From Auanema rhodensis (taxonomy: Eukaryota > Animalia > Nematoda), in NCBI GenBank assembly GCA_964057225.1, contig OZ059897.1, forward strand, positions 22,258,001-22,322,000: 64,000 nt of DNA. Reading direction: 5' to 3'. Made by a program: the position numbers and the translations under genes. The number at the start of each line of letters is the position of its first letter. The stretch's first letter is position 1. Below the pieces are notes generated by a model. The model saw only the letters and a list, made by a program, of their open reading frames with translations, had not been told where the DNA came from and made no database searches. Shown one piece after another: positions 12,801 to 27,280 of this stretch.

Positions 12801-14960
12801 GTTCATGGTAACCATGACTTTGAAATTTACGTGAACTTTAATTTATGCTCATTAAATGTACACGTGATGTGCACTTGGTATGTAACTCGCTTCACGTAAA
12901 AGATGAAGAGATGCGGTTTTCAAAATTAGATTCCCCATGTCCATATTAGTCTAAAAACAAATTTTTATTGATATTGGTGCATGGTAACCATGACTTTGAA
13001 ATTTACGTGAACTTTAATTTATGCTAATTAAATGTACACGTGATGTGCACTTGGTATGTAACTCGCTTCACGTGAAAGATAAAAAGATGCGGTTTTCAAA
13101 ATTAGATTCCCCATGTCCATATTAGTCTAAAAACAAATTTTTATTGATATTGCTTCATGGTAACCATGACTTTGAAATTTACGTGAACTTTAATTTATGC
13201 TAATTAAATGTACACGTGATGTGCACTTGGTATGTAACTCGCTTCATGTGAAAGATAAAGAGATGCGGTTTTCAAAATTAGATTCCCCATGTCCATATTA
13301 GTCTAAAAACAAATTTTTATTGATATTGGTTCATGGTAACCATGACTTTGAAATTTACGTGAACTTTAATTTATGCTAATTAAATGTACACGTGATGTGC
13401 ACTTGGTATGTAACTCGCTTCACGTGAAAGATAAAGAGATGCGGTTTTCAAAATTAGATTCCCCATGTCCATATTAGTCTAAAAACAAATTTTTATTGAT
13501 ATTGGTGCATGGTAACCATGACTTTGAAATTTACGTGAACTTTAATTTATGCTAATTAAATGTACACGTGATGTGCACTTGGTATGTAACTCGCTTCACG
13601 TGAAAGATAAAGAGATGCGGTTTTCAAAATTAGATTCCCCATGTCCATATTAGTCTAAAAACAAATTTTTATTGATATTGGTTCATGGTAACCATGACTT
13701 TGAAATTTACGTGAACTTTAATTTATGCTAATTAAATGTACACGTGATGTGCACTTGGTATGTAACTCGCTTCACGTGAAAGATAAAGAGATGCGGTTTT
13801 CAAAATTAGATTCCCCATGTCCATATTAGTCTAAAAACAAATTTTTATTGATATTGGTTCATGGTAACCATGACTTTGAAATTTACGTGAACTTTAATTT
13901 ATGCTAATTAAATGTACACGTGATGTGCACTTGGTATGTAACTCGCTTCACGTGAAAGATAAAGAGATGCGGTTTTCAAAATTAGATTCCCCATGTCCAT
14001 ATTAGTCTAAAAACAAATTTTTATTGATAATGGTGCATGGTAACCATGACTTTGAAATTTACGTGAACTTTAATTTATGCTAATTAAATGTACACGTGAT
14101 GTGCACTTGGTATGTAACTCGCTTCACGTGAAAGATAAAGAGATGCGGTTTTCAAAATTAGATTCCCCATGTCCATATTAGTCTAAAAACAAATTTTTAT
14201 TGATATTGGTTCATGGTAACCATGACTTTGAAATTTACGTGAACTTTAATTTATGCTAATTAAATGTACACGTGATGTGCACTTGGTATGTAACTCGCTT
14301 CACGTGAAAGATAAAGAGATGCGGTTTTCAAAATTAGATTCCCCATGTCCATATTAGTCTAAAAACAAATTTTTATTGATATGTGTTCATGGTAACCATG
14401 ACTTTGAAATTTACGTGAACTTTAATTTATGCTAATTAAATGTACACGTGATGTGCACTTGGTATGTAACTCGCTTCACGTGAAAGATAAAGAGATGCGG
14501 TTTTCAAAATTAGATTCCCCATGTCCATATTAGTCTAAAAACAAATTTTTATTGATATTGGTGCATGGTAACCATGACTTTGAAATTTACGTGAACTTTA
14601 ATTTATGCTAATTAAATGTACACGTGATGTGCACTTGGTATGTAACTCGCTTCACGTGAAAGATAAAGAGATGCGGTTTTCAAAATTAGATTCCCCATGT
14701 CCATATTAGTCTAAAAACAAATTTTTATTGATATTGGTTCATGGTAACCATGACTTTGAAATTTACGTGAACTTTAATTTATGCTAATTAAATGTACACG
14801 TGATGTGCACTTGGTATGTAACTCGCTTCACGTGAAAGATAAAGAGATGCGGTTTTCAAAATTAGATTCCCCATGTCCATATTAGTCTAAAAACAAATTT
14901 TTATTGATATGTGTTCATGGTAACCATGACTTTGAAATTTACGTGAACTTTAATTTATGC

Positions 14961-17900
14961 TAATTAAATGTACACGTGATGTGCACTTGGTATGTAACTC
15001 GCTTCACGTGAAAGATAAAGAGATGCGGTTTTCAAAATTAGATTCCCCATGTCCATATTAGTCTAAAAACAAATTTTTATTGATATTGGTTCATGGTAAC
15101 CATGACTTTGAAATTTACGTGAACTTTAATTTATGCTAATTAAATGTACACGTGATGTGCACTTGGTATGTAACTCGCTTCACGTGAAAGATAAAGAGAT
15201 GCGGTTTTCAAAATTAGATTCCCCATGTCCATATTAGTCTAAAAACAAATTTTTATTGATATTGCTTCATGGTAACCATGACTTTGAAATTTACGTGAAC
15301 TTTAATTTATGCTAATTAAATGTACACGTGATGTGCACTTGGTATGTAACTCGCTTCACGTGAAAGATAAAGAGATGCGGTTTTCAAAATTAGATTCCCC
15401 ATGTCCATATTAGTCTAAAAACAAATTTTTATTGATATTGGTTCATGGTAACCATGACTTTGAAATTTACGTGAACTTTAATTTATGCTAATTAAATGTA
15501 CACGTGATGTGCACTTGGTATGTAACTCGCTTCACGTGAAAGATAAAGAGATGCGGTTTTAAAAATTAGATTCCCCATGTCCATATTAGTCTTAAAACAA
15601 ATTTTTATTGATATTGGTTCATGGTAACCATGACCTTGAAATTTACGTGAACTTTAATTTATGCTAATTAAATGTACACGTGATGTGCACTTGGTATGTA
15701 ACTCGCTTCACGTGAAAGATAAAGAGATGCGGTTTTCAAAATTAGATTCCCCATGTCCATATTAGTCTAAAAACAAATTTTTATTGATATTAGTTCATGG
15801 TAACCATGACTTTGAAATTTACGTGAACTTTAATTTATGCTCATTAAATGTACACGTGATGTGCACTTGGTATGTAACTCGCTTCACGTAAAAGATGAAG
15901 AGATGCGGTTTTCAAAATTAGATTCCCCATGTCCATATTAGTCTAAAAACAAATTTTTATTGATATTGGTGCATGGTAACCATGACTTTGAAATTTACGT
16001 GAACTTTAATTTATGCTAATTAAATGTACACGTGATGTGCACTAGGTATGTAACTCGCTTCACGTGAAAGATAAAGAGATGCGGTTTTCAAAATTAGATT
16101 CCCCATGTCCATATTAGTCTAAAAACAAATTTTTATTGATATTGGTGCATAGTAACCATGACTTTGAAATTTACGTGAACTTTAATTTATGCTAATTAAA
16201 TGTACACGTGATGTGCACTTGGTATGTAACTCGCTTCACGTGAAAGATAAAGAGATGCGGTTTTCAAAATTAGATTCCCCATGTCCATATTAGTCTAAAA
16301 ACAAATTTTTATTGATATTGGTTCATGGTAACCATGACTTTGAAATTTACGTGAACTTTAATTTATGCTAATTAAATGTACACGTGATGTGCACTTGGTA
16401 TGTAACTCGCTTCACGTGAAAGATAAAGAGATGCGGTTTTCAAAATTAGATTCCCCATGTCCATATTAGTCTAAAAACAAATTTTTATTGATATTGGTTC
16501 ATGGTAACCATGACTTTGAAATTTACGTGAACTTTAATTTATGCTAATTAAATGTACACGTGATGTGCACTTGGTATGTAACTCGCTTCACGTGAAAGAT
16601 AAAGAGATGCGGTTTTCAAAATTAGATTCCCCATGTCCATATTAGTCTAAAAACAAATTTTTATTGATATTGCTTCATGGTAACCATGACTTTGAAATTT
16701 ACGTGAACTTTAATTTATGCTAATTAAATGTACACGTGATGTGCACTTGGTATGTAACTCGCTTCACGTGAAAGATAAAGAGATGCGGTTTTCAAAATTA
16801 GATTCCCCATGTCCATATTAGTCTAAAAACAAATTTTTATTGATATTGGTGCATGGTAACCATGACTTTGAATTTTACGTGAACTTTAATTTATGCTAAT
16901 TAAATGTACACGTGATGTGCACTTGGTATGTAACTCGCTTCACGTGAAAGATAAAGAGATGCGGTTCTCAATATTAGATTCCCCATGTCCATATTAGTCT
17001 AAAAACAAATTTTTATTGATATTGGTTCATGGTAACCATGACTTTGAAATTTACGTGAACTTTAATTTATGCTAATTAAATGTACACGTGATGTGCACTT
17101 GGTATGTAACTCGCTTCACGTGAAAGATAAAGAGATGCGGTTTTCAAAATTAGATTCCCCATGTCCATATTAGTCTAAAAACAAATTTTTATTGATATTG
17201 GTTCATGGTAACCATGACTTTGAAATTTACGTGAACTTTAATTTATGCTAATTAAATGTACACGTGATGTGCATTTGGTATGTAACTCGCTTCACGTGAA
17301 AGATAAAGAGATGCTGTTTTCAAAATTAGATTCCCCATGTCCATATTAGTCTAAAAACAAATTTTTATTGATATTGGTGCATGGTAACCATGACTTTGAA
17401 ATTTACGTGAACTTTAATTTATGCTAATTAAATGTACACGTGATGTGCACTTGGTATGTAACTCGCTTCACGTGAAAGATGAAGAGATGCGGTTTTCAGA
17501 ATTAGATTCCCCATGTCCATATTAGTCTAAAAACAAATTTTTATTGATATTGGTGCATGGTAACCATGACTTTGAAATTTACGTGAACTTTAATTTATGC
17601 TAATTAAATGTACACGTGATGTGCACTTGGTATGTAACTCGCTTCACGTGAAAGATAAAAAGATGCGGTTTTCAAAATTAGATTCCCCATGTCCATATTA
17701 GTCTAAAAACAAATTTTTATTGATATTGGTTCATGGTAACCATGACTTTGAAATTTACGTGAACTTTAATTTATGCTAATTAAATGTACACGTGATGTGC
17801 ACTTGGTATGTAACTCGCTTCACGTGAAAGATAAAGAGATGCGGTTTTCAAAATTAGATTCCCCATGTCCATATTAGTCTTAAAACAAATTTTTATTGAT

Positions 17901-20900
17901 ATTGGTTCATGGTAACCATGACTTTGAAATTTACGTGAACTTTAATTTATGCTAATTAAATGTACACGTGATGTGCACTTGGTATGTAACTCGCTTCACG
18001 TGAAAGATAAAGAGATGCGGTTTTCAAAATTAGATTCCCCATGTCCATATTAGTCTAAAAACAAATTTTTATTGATATTGCTTCATGGTAACCATGACTT
18101 TGAAATTTACGTGAACTTTAATTTATGCTAATTAAATGTACACGTGATGTGCACTTGGTATGTAACTCGCTTCACGTGAAAGATAAAGAGATGCGGTTTT
18201 CAAAATTAGATTCCCCATGTCCATATTAGTCTAAAAACAAATTTTTATTGATATTGGTGCATGGTAACCATGACTTTGAATTTTACGTGAACTTTAATTT
18301 ATGCTAATTAAATGTACACGTGATGTGCACTTGGTATGTAACTCGCTTCACGTGAAAGATAAAGAGATGCGGTTTTCAATATTAGATTCCCCATGTCCAT
18401 ATTAGTCTAAAAACAAATTTTTATTGATATTGGTTCATGGTAACCATGACTTTGAAATTTACGTGAACTTTAATTTATGCTAATTAAATGTACACGTGAT
18501 GTGCACTTGGTATGTAACTCGCTTCACGTGAAAGATAAAGAGATGCGGTTTTCAAAATTAGATTCCCCATGTCCATATTAGTCTAAAAACAAATTTTTAT
18601 TGATATTGGTGCATGGTAACCATGACTTTGAAATTTACGTGAACTTTAATTTATGCTAATTAAATGTACACGTGATGTGCACTTGGTATGTAACTCGCTT
18701 CACGTGAAAGATAAAGAGATGCGGTTTTCAAAATTAGATTCCCCATGTCCATATTAGTCTAAAAACAAATTTTTATTGATATTGGTTCATGGTAACCATG
18801 ACTTTGAAATTTACGTGAACTTTAATTTATGCTAATTAAATGTACACGTGATGTGCATTTGGTATGTAACTCGCTTCACGTGAAAGATAAAGAGATGCGG
18901 TTTTCAAAATTAGATTCCCCATGTCCATATTAGTCTAAAAACAAATTTTTATTGATATTGGTGCATGGTAACCATGACTTTGAAATTTACGTGAACTTTA
19001 ATTTATGCTAATTAAATGTACACGTGATGTGCACTTGGTATGTAACTCGCTTCACGTGAAAGATGAAGAGATGCGGTTTTCAAAATTAGATTCCCCATGT
19101 CCATATTAGTCTAAAAACAAATTTTTATTGATATTGGTTCATGGTAACCATGACTTTGAAATTTACGTGAACTTTAATTTATGCTAATTAAATGTACACG
19201 TGATGTGCATTTGGTATGTAACTCGCTTCACGTGAAAGATAAAGAGATGCGGTTTTCAAAATTAGATTCCCCATGTCCATATTAGTCTAAAAACAAATTT
19301 TTATTGATATTGGTGCATGGTAACCATGACTTTGAAATTTACGTGAACTTTAATTTATGCTAATTAAATGTACACGTGATGTGCACTTGGTATGTAACTC
19401 GCTTCACGTGAAAGATGAAGAGATGCGGTTTTCAGAATTAGATTCCCCATGTCCATATTAGTCTAAAAACAAATTTTTATTGATATTGGTGCATGGTAAC
19501 CATGACTTTGAAATTTACGTGAACTTTAATTTATGCTAATTAAATGTACACGTGATGTGCACTTGGTATGTAACTCGCTTCACGTGAAAGATAAAAAGAT
19601 GCGGTTTTCAAAATTAGATTCCCCATGTCCATATTAGTCTAAAAACAAATTTTTATTGATATTGCTTCATGGTAACCATGACTTTGAAATTTACGTGAAC
19701 TTTAATTTATGCTAATTAAATGTACACGTGATGTGCACTTGGTATGTAACTCGCTTCACGTGAAAGATAAAGAGATGCGGTTTTCAAAATTAGATTCCCC
19801 ATGTCCATATTAGTCTAAAAACAAATTTTTATTGATATTGGTTCATGGTAACCATGACTTTGAAATTTACGTGAACTTTAATTTATGCTAATTAAATGTA
19901 CACGTGATGTGCACTTGGTATGTAACTCGCTTCACGTGAAAGATAAAGAGATGCGGTTTTCAAAATTAGATTCCCCATGTCCATATTAGTCTAAAAACAA
20001 ATTTTTATTGATATTGCTTCATGGTAACCATGACTTTGAAATTTACGTGAACTTTAATTTATGCTAATTAAATGTACACGTGATGTGCACTTGGTATGTA
20101 ACTCGCTTCACGTGAAAGATAAAGAGATGCGGTTTTCAAAATTAGATTCCCCATGTCCATATTAGTCTAAAAACAAATTTTTATTGATATTGGTTCATGG
20201 TAACCATGACTTTGAAATTTACGTGAACTTTAATTTATGCTAATTAAATGTACACGTGATGTGCACTTGGTATGTAACTCGCTTCACGTGAAAGATAAAG
20301 AGATGCGGTTTTCAAAATTAGATTCCCCATGTCCATATTAGTCTTAAAACAAATTTTTATTGATATTGGTTCATGGTAACCATGACCTTGAAATTTACGT
20401 GAACTTTAATTTATGCTAATTAAATGTACACGTGATGTGCACTTGGTATGTAACTCGCTTCACGTGAAAGATAAAGAGATGCGGTTTTCAAAATTAGATT
20501 CCCCATGTCCATATTAGTCTAAAAACAAATTTTTATTGATATTAGTTCATGGTAACCATGACTTTGAAATTTACGTGAACTTTAATTTATGCTCATTAAA
20601 TGTACACGTGATGTGCACTTGGTATGTAACTCGCTTCACGTAAAAGATGAAGAGATGCGGTTTTCAAAATTAGATTCCCCATGTCCATATTAGTCTAAAA
20701 ACAAATTTTTATTGATATTGGTGCATGGTAACCATGACTTTGAAATTTACGTGAACTTTAATTTATGCTAATTAAATGTACACGTGATGTGCACTAGGTA
20801 TGTAACTCGCTTCACGTGAAAGATAAAGAGATGCGGTTTTCAAAATTAGATTCCCCATGTCCATATTAGTCTAAAAACAAATTTTTATTGATATTGGTGC

Positions 20901-23900
20901 ATAGTAACCATGACTTTGAAATTTACGTGAACTTTAATTTATGCTAATTAAATGTACACGTGATGTGCACTTGGTATGTAACTCGCTTCACGTGAAAGAT
21001 AAAGAGATGCGGTTTTCAAAATTAGATTCCCCATGTCCATATTAGTCTAAAAACAAATTTTTATTGATATTGGTTCATGGTAACCATGACTTTGAAATTT
21101 ACGTGAACTTTAATTTATGCTAATTAAATGTACACGTGATGTGCACTTGGTATGTAACTCGCTTCACGTGAAAGATAAAGAGATGCGGTTTTCAAAATTA
21201 GATTCCCCATGTCCATATTAGTCTAAAAACAAATTTTTATTGATATTGGTTCATGGTAACCATGACTTTGAAATTTACGTGAACTTTAATTTATGCTAAT
21301 TAAATGTACACGTGATGTGCACTTGGTATGTAACTCGCTTCACGTGAAAGATAAAGAGATGCGGTTTTCAAAATTAGATTCCCCATGTCCATATTAGTCT
21401 AAAAACAAATTTTTATTGATATTGCTTCATGGTAACCATGACTTTGAAATTTACGTGAACTTTAATTTATGCTAATTAAATATACACGTGATGTGCACTT
21501 GGTATGTAACTCGCTTCACGTGAAAGATAAAGAGATGCGGTTTTCAAAATTAGATTTCCCATGTCCATATTAGTCTAAAAACAAATTTTTATTGATATTG
21601 GTTCATGGTAACCATGACTTTGAAATTTACGTGAACTTTAATTTATGCTAATTAAATGTACACGTGATGTGCATTTGGTATGTAACTCGCTTCACGTGAA
21701 AGATAAAGAGATGCGGTTTTCAAAATTAGATTCCCCATGTCCATATTAGTCTAAAAACAAATTTTTATTGATATTGGTGCATGGTAACCATGACTTTGAA
21801 ATTTACGTGAACTTTAATTTATGCTAATTAAATGTACACGTGATGTGCACTTGGTATGTAACTCGCTTCACGTGAAAGATGAAGAGATGCGGTTTTCAAA
21901 ATTAGATTCCCCATGTCCATATTAGTCTAAAAACAAATTTTTATTGATATTGGTTCATGGTAACCATGACTTTGAAATTTACGTGAACTTTAATTTATGC
22001 TAATTAAATGTACACGTGATGTGCATTTGGTATGTAACTCGCTTCACGTGAAAGATAAAGAGATGCGGTTTTCAAAATTAGATTCCCCATGTCCATATTA
22101 GTCTAAAAACAAATTTTTATTGATATTGGTGCATGGTAACCATGACTTTGAAATTTACGTGAACTTTAATTTATGCTAATTAAATGTACACGTGATGTGC
22201 ACTTGGTATGTAACTCGCTTCACGTGAAAGATGAAGAGATGCGGTTTTCAGAATTAGATTCCCCATGTCCATATTAGTCTAAAAACAAATTTTTATTGAT
22301 ATTGGTGCATGGTAACCATGACTTTGAAATTTACGTGAACTTTAATTTATGCTAATTAAATGTACACGTGATGTGCACTTGGTATGTAACTCGCTTCACG
22401 TGAAAGATAAAAAGATGCGGTTTTCAAAATTAGATTCCCCATGTCCATATTAGTCTAAAAACAAATTTTTATTGATATTGCTTCATGGTAACCATGACTT
22501 TGAAATTTACGTGAACTTTAATTTATGCTAATTAAATGTACACGTGATGTGCACTTGGTATGTAACTCGCTTCACGTGAAAGATAAAGAGATGCGGTTTT
22601 CAAAATTAGATTCCCCATGTCCATATTAGTCTAAAAACAAATTTTTATTGATATTGGTTCATGGTAACCATGACTTTGAAATTTACGTGAACTTTAATTT
22701 ATGCTAATTAAATGTACACGTGATGTGCACTTGGTATGTAACTCGCTTCACGTGAAAGATAAAGAGATGCGGTTTTCAAAATTAGATTCCCCATGTCCAT
22801 ATTAGTCTAAAAACAAATTTTTATTGATATTGCTTCATGGTAACCATGACTTTGAAATTTACGTGAACTTTAATTTATGCTAATTAAATGTACACGTGAT
22901 GTGCACTTGGTATGTAACTCGCTTCACGTGAAAGATAAAGAGATGCGGTTTTCAAAATTAGATTCCCCATGTCCATATTAGTCTAAAAACAAATTTTTAT
23001 TGATATTGGTTCATGGTAACCATGACTTTGAAATTTACGTGAACTTTAATTTATGCTAATTAAATGTACACGTGATGTGCACTTGGTATGTAACTCGCTT
23101 CACGTGAAAGATAAAGAGATGCGGTTTTCAAAATTAGATTCCCCATGTCCATATTAGTCTTAAAACAAATTTTTATTGATATTGGTTCATGGTAACCATG
23201 ACCTTGAAATTTACGTGAACTTTAATTTATGCTAATTAAATGTACACGTGATGTGCACTTGGTATGTAACTCGCTTCACGTGAAAGATAAAGAGATGCGG
23301 TTTTCAAAATTAGATTCCCCATGTCCATATTAGTCTAAAAACAAATTTTTATTGATATTAGTTCATGGTAACCATGACTTTGAAATTTACGTGAACTTTA
23401 ATTTATGCTCATTAAATGTACACGTGATGTGCACTTGGTATGTAACTCGCTTCACGTAAAAGATGAAGAGATGCGGTTTTCAAAATTAGATTCCCCATGT
23501 CCATATTAGTCTAAAAACAAATTTTTATTGATATTGGTGCATGGTAACCATGACTTTGAAATTTACGTGAACTTTAATTTATGCTAATTAAATGTACACG
23601 TGATGTGCACTAGGTATGTAACTCGCTTCACGTGAAAGATAAAGAGATGCGGTTTTCAAAATTAGATTCCCCATGTCCATATTAGTCTAAAAACAAATTT
23701 TTATTGATATTGGTGCATAGTAACCATGACTTTGAAATTTACGTGAACTTTAATTTATGCTAATTAAATGTACACGTGATGTGCACTTGGTATGTAACTC
23801 GCTTCACGTGAAAGATAAAGAGATGCGGTTTTCAAAATTAGATTCCCCATGTCCATATTAGTCTAAAAACAAATTTTTATTGATATTGGTTCATGGTAAC

Positions 23901-26900
23901 CATGACTTTGAAATTTACGTGAACTTTAATTTATGCTAATTAAATGTACACGTGATGTGCACTTGGTATGTAACTCGCTTCACGTGAAAGATAAAGAGAT
24001 GCGGTTTTCAAAATTAGATTCCCCATGTCCATATTAGTCTAAAAACAAATTTTTATTGATATTGGTTCATGGTAACCATGACTTTGAAATTTACGTGAAC
24101 TTTAATTTATGCTAATTAAATGTACACGTGATGTGCACTTGGTATGTAACTCGCTTCACGTGAAAGATAAAGAGATGCGGTTTTCAAAATTAGATTCCCC
24201 ATGTCCATATTAGTCTAAAAACAAATTTTTATTGATATTGCTTCATGGTAACCATGACTTTGAAATTTACGTGAACTTTAATTTATGCTAATTAAATGTA
24301 CACGTGATGTGCACTTGGTATGTAACTCGCTTCACGTGAAAGATAAAGAGATGCGGTTTTCAAAATTAGATTCCCCATGTCCATATTAGTCTAAAAACAA
24401 ATTTTTATTGATATTGGTGCATGGTAACCATGACTTTGAATTTTACGTGAACTTTAATTTATGCTAATTAAATGTACACGTGATGTGCACTTGGTATGTA
24501 ACTCGCTTCACGTGAAAGATAAAGAGATGCGGTTCTCAATATTAGATTCCCCATGTCCATATTAGTCTAAAAACAAATTTTTATTGATATTGGTTCATGG
24601 TAACCATGACTTTGAAATTTACGTGAACTTTAATTTATGCTAATTAAATGTACACGTGATGTGCACTTGGTATGTAACTCGCTTCACGTGAAAGATAAAG
24701 AGATGCGGTTTTCAAAATTAGATTCCCCATGTCCATATTAGTCTAAAAACAAATTTTTATTGATATTGGTTCATGGTAACCATGACTTTGAAATTTACGT
24801 GAACTTTAATTTATGCTAATTAAATGTACACGTGATGTGCATTTGGTATGTAACTCGCTTCACGTGAAAGATAAAGAGATGCGGTTTTCAAAATTAGATT
24901 CCCCATGTCCATATTAGTCTAAAAACAAATTTTTATTGATATTGGTGCATGGTAACCATGACTTTGAAATTTACGTGAACTTTAATTTATGCTAATTAAA
25001 TGTACACGTGATGTGCACTTGGTATGTAACTCGCTTCACGTGAAAGATGAAGAGATGCGGTTTTCAGAATTAGATTCCCCATGTCCATATTAGTCTAAAA
25101 ACAAATTTTTATTGATATTGGTGCATGGTAACCATGACTTTGAAATTTACGTGAACTTTAATTTATGCTAATTAAATGTACACGTGATGTGCACTTGGTA
25201 TGTAACTCGCTTCACGTGAAAGATAAAAAGATGCGGTTTTCAAAATTAGATTCCCCATGTCCATATTAGTCTAAAAACAAATTTTTATTGATATTGGTTC
25301 ATGGTAACCATGACTTTGAAATTTACGTGAACTTTAATTTATGCTAATTAAATGTACACGTGATGTGCACTTGGTATGTAACTCGCTTCACGTGAAAGAT
25401 AAAGAGATGCGGTTTTCAAAATTAGATTCCCCATGTCCATATTAGTCTTAAAACAAATTTTTATTGATATTGGTTCATGGTAACCATGACTTTGAAATTT
25501 ACGTGAACTTTAATTTATGCTAATTAAATGTACACGTGATGTGCACTTGGTATGTAACTCGCTTCACGTGAAAGATAAAGAGATGCGGTTTTCAAAATTA
25601 GATTCCCCATGTCCATATTAGTCTAAAAACAAATTTTTATTGATATTGCTTCATGGTAACCATGACTTTGAAATTTACGTGAACTTTAATTTATGCTAAT
25701 TAAATGTACACGTGATGTGCACTTGGTATGTAACTCGCTTCACGTGAAAGATAAAGAGATGCGGTTTTCAAAATTAGATTCCCCATGTCCATATTAGTCT
25801 AAAAACAAATTTTTATTGATATTGGTGCATGGTAACCATGACTTTGAATTTTACGTGAACTTTAATTTATGCTAATTAAATGTACACGTGATGTGCACTT
25901 GGTATGTAACTCGCTTCACGTGAAAGATAAAGAGATGCGGTTTTCAATATTAGATTCCCCATGTCCATATTAGTCTAAAAACAAATTTTTATTGATATTG
26001 GTTCATGGTAACCATGACTTTGAAATTTACGTGAACTTTAATTTATGCTAATTAAATGTACACGTGATGTGCACTTGGTATGTAACTCGCTTCACGTGAA
26101 AGATAAAGAGATGCGGTTTTCAAAATTAGATTCCCCATGTCCATATTAGTCTAAAAACAAATTTTTATTGATATTGGTGCATGGTAACCATGACTTTGAA
26201 ATTTACGTGAACTTTAATTTATGCTAATTAAATGTACACGTGATGTGCACTTGGTATGTAACTCGCTTCACGTGAAAGATAAAGAGATGCGGTTTTCAAA
26301 ATTAGATTCCCCATGTCCATATTAGTCTAAAAACAAATTTTTATTGATATTGGTTCATGGTAACCATGACTTTGAAATTTACGTGAACTTTAATTTATGC
26401 TAATTAAATGTACACGTGATGTGCATTTGGTATGTAACTCGCTTCACGTGAAAGATAAAGAGATGCGGTTTTCAAAATTAGATTCCCCATGTCCATATTA
26501 GTCTAAAAACAAATTTTTATTGATATTGGTGCATGGTAACCATGACTTTGAAATTTACGTGAACTTTAATTTATGCTAATTAAATGTACACGTGATGTGC
26601 ACTTGGTATGTAACTCGCTTCACGTGAAAGATGAAGAGATGCGGTTTTCAAAATTAGATTCCCCATGTCCATATTAGTCTAAAAACAAATTTTTATTGAT
26701 ATTGGTTCATGGTAACCATGACTTTGAAATTTACGTGAACTTTAATTTATGCTAATTAAATGTACACGTGATGTGCATTTGGTATGTAACTCGCTTCACG
26801 TGAAAGATAAAGAGATGCGGTTTTCAAAATTAGATTCCCCATGTCCATATTAGTCTAAAAACAAATTTTTATTGATATTGGTGCATGGTAACCATGACTT

Positions 26901-27280
26901 TGAAATTTACGTGAACTTTAATTTATGCTAATTAAATGTACACGTGATGTGCACTTGGTATGTAACTCGCTTCACGTGAAAGATGAAGAGATGCGGTTTT
27001 CAGAATTAGATTCCCCATGTCCATATTAGTCTAAAAACAAATTTTTATTGATATTGGTGCATGGTAACCATGACTTTGAAATTTACGTGAACTTTAATTT
27101 ATGCTAATTAAATGTACACGTGATGTGCACTTGGTATGTAACTCGCTTCACGTGAAAGATAAAAAGATGCGGTTTTCAAAATTAGATTCCCCATGTCCAT
27201 ATTAGTCTAAAAACAAATTTTTATTGATATTGCTTCATGGTAACCATGACTTTGAAATTTACGTGAACTTTAATTTATGC
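14961..27280. repeat. Higher-order repeat: 27-mer (14961-19712), internally deleted 16-mer (19713-22528), 27-mer (22529-27280)
   Basis: The variant order of M86-M112 is repeated in M129-M155 (offset 7568 bp) with two differences seen (73a in M89, 67t in M99). M113-M128 equals the first 10 plus the last 6 monomers of the 27-mer. Confidence 0.88.

Larger units (their letters stand above)
1..14960. repeat. Mosaic zone without a long regular HOR: short 2-4-monomer variant modules in shuffled order (M1-M85)
   Basis: Modules such as [GGTGAA, next 57g], [114a+131g+172c, next 73t] and [141t, next 28a] recur at irregular spacing. Variants GGTGAA, 114a/172c, 84c and 141t are not seen beyond about 11.5 kb. 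Confidence 0.75.
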
